Below the pieces are notes generated by a model that saw only the letters and a list, made by a program, of their open reading frames with translations, searched no databases and had not been told where the DNA came from. DNA of 26,491 nucleotides from an uncultured bacterium. GTDB taxonomy: Bacteria > Patescibacteriota > Minisyncoccia > Phycocordibacterales > UBA2100. Below are positions 1 to 7,314 of this stretch, in pieces (position 1 is the stretch's first letter; each line of letters begins with the position of its first letter). The stretch is taken from positions 1 to 26,491 of the forward strand of contig CAIRSC010000089.1 in NCBI GenBank assembly GCA_903881205.1. Direction: 5' to 3'. The translations under genes were made by a program, and so were the position numbers.

Positions 1-1275
1 ATCCTTCCGTCGTACCCGGCATCGCGCGAGCTCTGCGCGATGGGAGGCATCGTTTCCAATAATTCCGGCGGCGAACTCACCCTCAAATACGGCAAGACCG
101 CCCACTATGTGAAAGAGTTCGAAGTCGTGCTCGCCGACGGCACAGTCACGACACTCAAACCGCTTTCGGCCGATGAGCTCGGCGACAAAGAGCTCGAGCA
201 GACATTCGAGGGAGAAATCTACCGCAAAATGCATCGTCTGCTGGCAGACAACGAAGCAGAGATCGAAGCGGCGCGGCCGAGTGTGACCAAGAATTCGGCC
301 GGTTATGCGCTCTGGAACGTAATGGATAGAAAAAAAGGCACGTTCGACCTCACTCAGCTCGTCTGCGGAGCCCAGGGCACGCTCGCCATGATCACGAAAG
401 CGAAGGTTGGTCTCGTAAAAACGAGTGAGCATCGCGCCATGCTCGTCGTATTCCTCTCCGACATCAGCATCCTCCCCGAGATCGTACATCGCGTGCTCAA
501 GTTCAAGCCCGAATCATTTGAATCCTACGACGACCAGACCTTCTCGCTTGCCGTCAAATTCATCCCGCAGATCATCGGAAATCTGGGCTTCACCAAAATG
601 CTTTCACTGGGTTTCGCATTCCTGCCGGAAATGTGGATGGCGCTTACCGGCGGTATCCCAAAAATGGTACTGATGGCGGAATTCGCCGAGAACTCCGCCG
701 ACGAAGCGCTCGAACAAGCTCGCCAGGCGCGCGCAGAACTCGAAGGGCTCGCGGTGCGCACCAAGATCGCGCGCAGTGAGGCGCAAACGGCAAAATACTG
801 GACCATCCGCCGCGAGAGCTTCCGTTTATTGCGGCAAAATATGAAGGGGCTCTATGCCGCTCCCTTTATCGACGACATTGTGGTACACCCCGACGACTAT
901 CCGCGATTTTTGCCGGAGCTTGATGCGCTCATCCGTGGACATCGTTTTATATATACCATCGCAGGGCACATCGGCGACGGCAACTTCCATATCATTCCGC
1001 TGGAGAATATGTCGGATCCCGAGGCGCGCGCCGAGATCACCGAACTGATGCCGAAGGTCTTTTCGTTGGTCGCAAAATACAAGGGTTCGATCACGGGAGA
1101 GCATAACGACGGCATCATCCGTACGCCGTATCTCGGAATCATGTTCAGCGAGAAGATGTTGAAACTCTTTGCTGAAGTGAAGAATATTTTCGATCCAAAA
1201 CACATCTTCAATCCGGGCAAGAAAACGGGCGGCACGATTGCCGACATCCGCCGCAGTATGATACGTCACTCCTGA
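1..1275 (+). CDS. FAD-binding oxidoreductase (GlcD/D-lactate dehydrogenase-like FAD-linked oxidase), 5' end outside the window
   Basis: Frame is open from base 1 (ILPSYPASRELCAMGG...). Motifs CGAQGTL, GHIGDGNFH, GSITGEHNDG and NPGK are typical of FAD-linked oxidases. Confidence 0.85.
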   Translation: MLPSYPASRELCAMGGIVSNNSGGELTLKYGKTAHYVKEFEVVLADGTVTTLKPLSADELGDKELEQTFEGEIYRKMHRLLADNEAEIEAARPSVTKNSAGYALWNVMDRKKGTFDLTQLVCGAQGTLAMITKAKVGLVKTSEHRAMLVVFLSDISILPEIVHRVLKFKPESFESYDDQTFSLAVKFIPQIIGNLGFTKMLSLGFAFLPEMWMALTGGIPKMVLMAEFAENSADEALEQARQARAELEGLAVRTKIARSEAQTAKYWTIRRESFRLLRQNMKGLYAAPFIDDIVVHPDDYPRFLPELDALIRGHRFIYTIAGHIGDGNFHIIPLENMSDPEARAEITELMPKVFSLVAKYKGSITGEHNDGIIRTPYLGIMFSEKMLKLFAEVKNIFDPKHIFNPGKKTGGTIADIRRSMIRHS

Positions 1276-1277
1276 GT

Positions 1278-2330
1278 ATGAAGATGCGACACATCGCCTA
1301 CATCACCACCGCACTCACCGCATTGTTGCTGCCCGCGATCGCAAGTGCTCATGAGGTATACGTGCTTCCGCCCGATGTCGTCGCGCGCGACCTCACCATG
1401 CCCGGGCTCCCGGTTCTCAACATTTTTCACGATCATACGGCATCATTCTTCTTTTGGATGTTCATCACGGTATGGGCCGTCATGACAGTACTCTCGATCT
1501 CTCTGTCAAAGCCGGTCGAACGATATCTCTCGCCCGTACTTCGGCCGCTTAAGAGATATGCGCCGCTTGCGGCACGACTCACACTTGGGACCGCGATCTT
1601 CGCATCGGGATATATGGCTGCCCTCTTCGGGCCGGAGCTGCCGCTTACTGCGTTCGTGTCGCCCGAATTCATTCCGATACTGAAACTTATATTAATGGTC
1701 CTCGGCGTCATGGTTGCGGTCGGACTGTTCACACGAGCGGCCGCTGTCGCACTGATGATCGTATTTGCCTCTTCGCTCCCCCATTATGGGACGTATATGC
1801 TTACCTATGCCAATTATCTCGGTGAAATGTTCGTGACCCTTGTCGTCGGCAATACATCGTTGGCGCTCGATCGATATGTTCACCATCGATATCCGCGCGT
1901 CTTTCATGCGATGTTTCAGTGGTGTGAGGATCGCGCATTTCTCATCTTGCGAGTAATGTTCGGAATATCCCTTATTTTCGCGTCCGTGTATGCGAAGCTT
2001 CTGCATGCACAGCTCGCGCTCGATACCGTGACGCGTTACGGGCTTGATCATGTCTTTCCGTTCCAGGCCCCCTTCATTGTGCTTGGCGCCTTCGCCATCG
2101 AGGTACTGCTCGGAATGTTTTTTGTATTTGGTATTGAAATACGATTCGCATCGCTGTTCCTCCTTTTCTGGCTCTCATTATCTCTCCTCTACTTCGGAGA
2201 AGCGGTCTGGCCGCATATTATTCTTGCCGGTGTTGCGATTGCCTTATTCATGCACGGATATGACCGGTACACGATTGAATTAGGTTATCTGCGCCGCAAA
2301 GGAAGACGTGCCAAAGAACCGATCTTCTGA
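1278..2330 (+). CDS. DoxX-family multi-pass membrane protein (two DoxX-like repeats)
   Basis: 350-aa hydrophobic ORF with two similar segments (LMVLGVMVAVGLFTRAAA / IEVLLGMFFVFGIEIRFAS). Confidence 0.65.
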   Translation: MKMRHIAYITTALTALLLPAIASAHEVYVLPPDVVARDLTMPGLPVLNIFHDHTASFFFWMFITVWAVMTVLSISLSKPVERYLSPVLRPLKRYAPLAARLTLGTAIFASGYMAALFGPELPLTAFVSPEFIPILKLILMVLGVMVAVGLFTRAAAVALMIVFASSLPHYGTYMLTYANYLGEMFVTLVVGNTSLALDRYVHHRYPRVFHAMFQWCEDRAFLILRVMFGISLIFASVYAKLLHAQLALDTVTRYGLDHVFPFQAPFIVLGAFAIEVLLGMFFVFGIEIRFASLFLLFWLSLSLLYFGEAVWPHIILAGVAIALFMHGYDRYTIELGYLRRKGRRAKEPIF

Positions 2331-2334
2331 TCTG

Positions 2335-2853
2335 TTATTTCTTGCGCGACACAAACGCGACGAATACAAACAATGCGAAGACTGAGAGTGCCATCCACGG
2401 GATGGTGACGAAACCGAATTCAAATACAGAACGGACCGCACAATCCCCTGCGGCATCACACGGGATAAGTGATCCTGCAGGCAGCATCTGCAGAAGGTGC
2501 TGGTAGAGCGCAACAGCGCCGCCGAATATCGAGAGTGCGAGCACATAGTCGGCGATCTCGGAGACGTCGGTATTCTTTATGATCGCAATGAACGAAATGA
2601 TGACGATCGGATACATGAATATGCGCTGCCACCAGCACAACACGCACGGATTGAGTAGGCCAAGATACTGGATCAAGAGCGTGCCCGCCACCGATGCGGC
2701 GGAGAGAAGGAATATGATTATGCGGGCGTTGGATCGGATCAACACGAGAGCGCTACTGCGACGCGCTGGCATGAAAATCGTCACAATACCGAGCACCAAT
2801 GCGACGTTGAGAAGCACCGTCCCGATTGCCATGAGCGTAATGAGTGTAGGCAT
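2335..2853 (-). CDS. dsbB: Disulfide bond formation protein DsbB family
   Basis: PCVLCWWQRIFMYP motif, a second Cys pair (PCDAAGDC), 4-5 TM helices, adjacent to a DsbA gene. Confidence 0.9.
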   Translation of the reverse strand: MPTLITLMAIGTVLLNVALVLGIVTIFMPARRSSALVLIRSNARIIIFLLSAASVAGTLLIQYLGLLNPCVLCWWQRIFMYPIVIISFIAIIKNTDVSEIADYVLALSIFGGAVALYQHLLQMLPAGSLIPCDAAGDCAVRSVFEFGFVTIPWMALSVFALFVFVAFVSRKK

Positions 2854-2877
2854 AGCGTTATATGTGCCTCGGGAGGC

Positions 2878-3552
2878 CTATTGAGCGGATGCTGTAAGGG
2901 CAGAATCAATCACCGTCTTAAAGTCGGCATAACTTTGCGGATTGGGGATCTGCGCGAGATTCACAAAGAATGTGGGGGTGTGATCCACCTTGGCATCGTT
3001 ACCGCTGGCAAGATCCTTCTGAATCTTTGCCTTCACGGTACTTGCGCTGATATCAGTATCGAACTTCGCCACATTGAGACCGATCGTCTTTGCGTAGCCG
3101 TCAAAATACTTGGCTACGACCGTTGCCGTCGGCTCGACCGACCATTCAGCCTGTTTTGTATAGAGCAGATCATGCATCTCCCAGTACTTACCCTGCAATC
3201 CCGCAGCTTCGGCCGCCTGCGCGCTGATCATCGCATCCTGGTGGACCTGGTAGAGCGGATAGTTACGGAACGCGAAGGTGACCTTGGAACCATAGTCCTT
3301 CGTAAGCTGCTCCACGATCGGCTCGTAGGCGCCGCACGCCGGACACTGGAAATCGCCGTATTCTATGACTGAGACGCTCGATACAGCAGCTCCCCGTGTC
3401 CAATCGACAGCAGTGAGCGCAGGCACGGTAGTGGCGACGAATTGCGTGGAGGCGGTCGTATTGCCGCCTGAGAGCACGGCAGCTGCAATCGTGCCGATCA
3501 CGACCACGGCGACAAAGACCCCTATGATCCACATTTCAGTCTTCCGGGGCAT
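2878..3552 (-). CDS. DsbA-family thioredoxin-fold protein with N-terminal membrane anchor
   Basis: EYGDFQCPACG active site, FRNYPL and TPTFFVN (cis-Pro loop). Start placed at ATG 3552, downstream of a TATAAT. Confidence 0.9.
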   Translation of the reverse strand: MPRKTEMWIIGVFVAVVVIGTIAAAVLSGGNTTASTQFVATTVPALTAVDWTRGAAVSSVSVIEYGDFQCPACGAYEPIVEQLTKDYGSKVTFAFRNYPLYQVHQDAMISAQAAEAAGLQGKYWEMHDLLYTKQAEWSVEPTATVVAKYFDGYAKTIGLNVAKFDTDISASTVKAKIQKDLASGNDAKVDHTPTFFVNLAQIPNPQSYADFKTVIDSALTASAQ

Positions 3553-3595
3553 ATATACGGGCAATTATACTCCTGCTCACGCCGAACACAAACGA

Positions 3596-4015
3596 CTATT
3601 TTCTGTGAACCTTCGCACCACACTTACAGCCAATGGGCTTAATATACTCGTCAAAATACTCCTGATCGTAATCAAATGTTATTTCCTCTCCTTTTCGAAT
3701 ATTCTTCACCGCGCTGATAATGATCTTCCCGCCGGGAACCCCCTCTTCCTCAACAATCTCAGCCTCGGCATTCGGGTCACACGAGTGATTGATATACCGC
3801 GCGGTATTCTCCGTACCCGAGCCATCGATCGCCCAATCTTCGTCGATCTCAAAGAGATATCTCGATTCGCGCTCGTCGGCGATCGCCGTCGGCAGTCGTT
3901 CGCCGGTATATTCAATAATAAACTCTCCTTTCTTGATTGCCACCCGCGCGAACAGTCCGTCACCCATCCCGTGACCGGCATCTTTGATGGAAAAGTGTGC
4001 ATCTATCGTTTTCAT
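3596..4015 (-). CDS. SET-domain protein-lysine methyltransferase
   Basis: G.GLFA, FIIEYTGE, RYINHSCDPN, EEITFDY and a post-SET CKCG motif. Start placed at ATG 4015. Confidence 0.9.
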   Translation of the reverse strand: MKTIDAHFSIKDAGHGMGDGLFARVAIKKGEFIIEYTGERLPTAIADERESRYLFEIDEDWAIDGSGTENTARYINHSCDPNAEAEIVEEEGVPGGKIIISAVKNIRKGEEITFDYDQEYFDEYIKPIGCKCGAKVHRK

Positions 4016-4023
4016 AGAGTGTG

Positions 4024-4031
4024 AGTATAAT
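4024..4031. promoter_or_regulatory. Overlapping bidirectional -10 element (TATAAT on +, TATACT on -) for hisS and the SET gene
   Basis: AGTATAAT lies in the 23-bp gap between the divergent ATGs at 4015 and 4039. Confidence 0.55.
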
Positions 4032-4038
4032 ACAAGAC

Positions 4039-5337
4039 ATGCAAAAGCCCTCGAAACCCTCGGCCGTAGAACCCGCACCACGGGCAAGGCTCTCGACCGA
4101 CCCGTATAAGGGCGTCCGCGACTTCTATCCGCCCGATCAGTTCATTCAGCGCTACCTCTACGAACACATGGAGCGTGTGTGCGAACTCTTCGGCTACGAG
4201 GAGTACAACGCGAGCGTACTCGAACCGACCGACCTCTACCGCTCGAAGACATCCGAAGAGATCGTCAACGAACAGACATACACCTTCCGCGACCGCGCGG
4301 ATCGCGAGGTGACGCTTCGCCCCGAAATGACTCCGTCGTTCGCCCGCATGATCGCCGGACGGTCGCGCGATATCCCGATGCCGGCACGCTGGTACTCCAT
4401 ACAAAATTTCTTCCGCTACGAACAAGTACGCAAAGGGCGCGAACGCGAATTCTGGCAGCTCAATGCGGATATCGTCGGAGTCGCGGGCATCGAGTCCGAT
4501 GTAGAGATCATCGCGATGTCGCACGCGATCATGCGCGCACTCGGCGCCGAAGAGCGCGACTTTGAGATCCGCGTGTCCGACCGCCGCATCCTCGACACCA
4601 TCTACGACACGGTCGATGTGCCGGCCGCAGTGCGCCCCGACGTCACCCGCCTCCTCGACAAACGCGACAAAATCGAGAACTTCCGAGAACAGCTGCTCGG
4701 ATTCCTCGGCAACGATGAGGACAAGGTCGCCGCTCTACTCGATCAGATCGAACGCACCACCTCGACCGCGTATCTCGAAGAGCTTCGTGTGCAACTCGCG
4801 AATATGGGGGTCAACAACATGATCGTCGACACCAAGATCACCCGCGGCTTCGACTATTACACCGGCATGGTGTTCGAAGTATTTGACACGTCTCCCGAGA
4901 ACAAGCGCTCTCTTTTCGGTGGTGGTCGCTACGACAATCTGCTCGCACTCTTCGGTGGAGACCCGATGCCGGCGGTCGGCTTCGCCATGGGCGATGTAAC
5001 TGCTCGAGACTTTCTTGAAGCGCACAATCTCTTGCCTGCATATGCACCGGCAACTGAACTCATGATCTGCATCGTCGAACCCGAAGCTACATCGCACGCG
5101 ATACGCCTCGCTCAAGATCTGCGCCGCGAAGACGTCACGGTCGCTATCAATTTCTCCGGTAAGCGCATCGGCGACCAGATCCGCCATGCCGACAAAATGA
5201 AAATCCCGTTTGTCATTGCCGTCGGCGCCAAAGAACGCGATTCCGGCCGCTACACGGTCAAGAATCTTTCGACGGGCAAAGAGCTCGAGCTCACTGCCGA
5301 CCGCATATCAGAACACCTTTTCAGTTCGCTCGGTTAA
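4039..5337 (+). CDS. hisS: Histidine--tRNA ligase
   Basis: KGVRDF, LRPEMT, WYSIQNFFRYE, REFWQ, RGFDYYTG and GGGRYD motifs plus a C-terminal anticodon-binding domain. Confidence 0.97.
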   Translation: MQKPSKPSAVEPAPRARLSTDPYKGVRDFYPPDQFIQRYLYEHMERVCELFGYEEYNASVLEPTDLYRSKTSEEIVNEQTYTFRDRADREVTLRPEMTPSFARMIAGRSRDIPMPARWYSIQNFFRYEQVRKGREREFWQLNADIVGVAGIESDVEIIAMSHAIMRALGAEERDFEIRVSDRRILDTIYDTVDVPAAVRPDVTRLLDKRDKIENFREQLLGFLGNDEDKVAALLDQIERTTSTAYLEELRVQLANMGVNNMIVDTKITRGFDYYTGMVFEVFDTSPENKRSLFGGGRYDNLLALFGGDPMPAVGFAMGDVTARDFLEAHNLLPAYAPATELMICIVEPEATSHAIRLAQDLRREDVTVAINFSGKRIGDQIRHADKMKIPFVIAVGAKERDSGRYTVKNLSTGKELELTADRISEHLFSSLG

Positions 5338-5630
5338 CCCGCTCTAAGTTTTTTGGCTGGCATTATGCAGTACGTATATATTCTGCAAAGCTCGGCTGAC
5401 GACAACCTCTATGTCGGATGTACTTCTGATCTGCGCAAACGACTGCTTCTGCATAATGCGGGAAAGGTACAGGCAACCAAAAATCGCAGACCAATGAAAG
5501 TGATATACTACGAGGCCTTAATGAATAAGAAAGATGCGTTTGAGCGCGAAAAGTTCTTGAAGACCGGCTGGGGCAGGACGTACATAAGACGAGTTATGAA
5601 AAATCATTTTAGCCAAAAAATTTAGGCGGG
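5338..5630. mobile_element. GIY-YIG cassette bounded by ~20-bp imperfect inverted repeats
   Basis: cccgctctaagttttttggct (5338-5358) versus agccaaaaaatttaggcggg (5611-5630): 19 matches, 1 mismatch, 1 indel. The cassette is AT-richer than its flanks. Confidence 0.55.
5365..5625 (+). CDS. Small GIY-YIG nuclease family protein
   Basis: YVYIL...LYVGCTSDLRKRL..HN and AFEREKFLK.GWGR signature. Confidence 0.9.
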   Translation: MQYVYILQSSADDNLYVGCTSDLRKRLLLHNAGKVQATKNRRPMKVIYYEALMNKKDAFEREKFLKTGWGRTYIRRVMKNHFSQKI

Positions 5631-5633
5631 TAT

Positions 5634-6209
5634 ATGCGGGTCGTTACCTTCGACATAGAGACCGCGAACTGGCTTGCGGATACGGGTTCGAATGACCCGG
5701 CATCGCTCACGATCGCGATCGTCTGCGCGCACGATTCCGAGACAGACGAATATACGAGCTATCTTGAACACGAGCTGCCCAAGATGTGGAACATGCTGGA
5801 GCGCACTGATGTGCTTGTGGGCTACAATTCCGATCATTTTGATGTGCCGCTTTTGAACAAATATTATCCCGGCGATCTGACCAAAATAAAGAGTCTCGAC
5901 ATTATGAAAGAGGTCCAGGCGGTGCTGGGTCGCCGGCTGCGGCTCGACGCGATCGCGGAAGGCACGCTTGGCGTCAAGAAAAGCGGCAACGGCGGACAGT
6001 CGATTGTGTGGTGGCGCAACGGCGAGATCGATAAGGTGCGCCAGTATTGCCTCAAGGATGTAGAGATCACAAAGCGAATTTTTGATTATGCGCTCGAACA
6101 CGGTGGTGTGAGGTATCGGGAGCTCGGCAAGACCTACGACGTCAAGCTCGACGTATCAAAATGGCTCAATCCCGCCGGCGGCGCAATGACGTTTACGCTT
6201 GGGCTGTAA
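5634..6209 (+). CDS. RNase H-like 3'-5' exonuclease (DEDD/YprB-like)
   Basis: VTFDIET, VGYNSDHFD, SLD and YCLKDV motifs. Confidence 0.8.
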   Translation: MRVVTFDIETANWLADTGSNDPASLTIAIVCAHDSETDEYTSYLEHELPKMWNMLERTDVLVGYNSDHFDVPLLNKYYPGDLTKIKSLDIMKEVQAVLGRRLRLDAIAEGTLGVKKSGNGGQSIVWWRNGEIDKVRQYCLKDVEITKRIFDYALEHGGVRYRELGKTYDVKLDVSKWLNPAGGAMTFTLGL

Positions 6210-6294
6210 CGCTATTTTGAAAGCTCCCAGATAAGGTCGCTTTCAATGCACTCGAACCAAGGTTCTCGGCCCAAAAATCACTGCGTGTATGTTT

Positions 6295-6391
6295 GTGCAG
6301 AATACTTGCAATAGCTCGAACCAGCGCCGCCGGTGGGGGCGGCGGCGCAAAACCCCCGCAGGAAAACGGCGCGGCGAAGCCGCACCGCTGA
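6295..6391 (+). other. Distal att arm of element 1 encoding the alternative C-terminus of LSR1 (WC-RILAIARTSAAGGGGGAKPPQENGAAKPHR*)
   Basis: In frame with the LSR1 codons TGG TGC across the GTGC core. Stop TGA at 6389-6391. Confidence 0.75.
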
Positions 6392-6463
6392 CAATATCAA
6401 ATTTTTCTTTGGCGGAAAAGGTTCGAGTGCGCGTCTCGCGTACACAATTGTTCTTTACAACAT

Positions 6464-6494
6464 AGAAAGAACCCCTTGCCGAAGCAAGGGGTTC
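6464..6494 (-). terminator. Intrinsic terminator
   Basis: Perfect 11-bp stem gaaccccttgc/gcaaggggttc, a cUUCGg loop on the minus strand followed by TTTCT, downstream of ORF 6612-6836. Confidence 0.7.
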
Positions 6495-6611
6495 AGTAAC
6501 CAACACGAGGAAGGTTCTTATTCGCTCTCTATCCCGTAGGATAGTGAGCATTACCCTTTAAGAGATCCGAAGACCTCAACCTGTGTGTTGTGGTAAGTTC
6601 TTATCCGTCAT

Positions 6612-6836
6612 TTACCGTGACGTTTCCATGGAGACACTCTTGTATCCGAAGATCCGACCGATGAGGTCGGGAAGAATTGCATCGGCGAATGCCGTCAACT
6701 CTTCCTTCGAGATGCCAGTTTCCTTGGCGATATTTCCGAACCGACGCTTTGCTTCGTCGACGCTCGGAAGGCCGTTTTTGCTGGCGTATGTCTTCACCAG
6801 CTCAAGGGCGATTTCGCCTTGGCGTTTGCTATCCAT
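6612..6836 (-). CDS. Small hypothetical protein (cargo of element 1)
   Basis: MDSKRQGEIALELVK... ORF with GAGGAG 6 nt upstream of ATG 6836 and a terminator downstream. Confidence 0.6.
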   Translation of the reverse strand: MDSKRQGEIALELVKTYASKNGLPSVDEAKRRFGNIAKETGISKEELTAFADAILPDLIGRIFGYKSVSMETSR

Positions 6837-7000
6837 GTTTCTCTCCTCAAGGTACTTCATCCACGAAGCCCTCGTGGTAGGGGTCATCAGAGAATCTAAT
6901 GACTCTGTAATTTTACACCCTAAAGTATGAAGTTGTCAAGTGGTTGTGTGGACATCAAAAAATACCCATATTTACCAACGTATTTATTGCAATTGAGCGT

Positions 7001-7287
7001 ATGCCAAAAGAATTTTCTTTTTTCCAATTAACACATGGTTCGAGCCGATGGTTTTCCGGGCTCCTTGGCGGTTTTCGAGTGGTGCGGCTTTGCCGCGCCG
7101 TTTTCCTGCGGGGGTTTTGCGCCGCCGCCCCCACCGGCGGCGCTGGTTCGAGCTATTGCAAGTATTCTGCACCAGTTCGGAAATTGCAAGTCAGAGCTCG
7201 CCGCCGCGCAGGGCGCGGCGGCTCGCGCATAGTGCGGTTTCGGGTCAAAAACAAATTCGATTGGAAAAAAGAAAATTCTTTTGGCAT
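7001..7287. repeat. Composite repeat: 28-bp perfect inverted repeats enclosing an inverted, joined attP and recombinase-gene fragments
   Basis: 7001-7028 and 7260-7287 are perfect IRs. 7030-7056 = rc 8646-8672; 7056-7077 = rc 7451-7472; 7081-7172 = rc 6295-6386 (1 mismatch); 7169-7259 = rc 8682-8772. Confidence 0.95.
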
Positions 7288-7314
7288 TCCTTTAGCAATT
7301 AGAAACAACAAAAT

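Noticed and set aside
6243-6551. 102-aa minus-strand ORF containing FSAKEKFDIV
   Set aside because: It is a chance read-through of antisense repeat fragments and a terminator, not a coherent gene.
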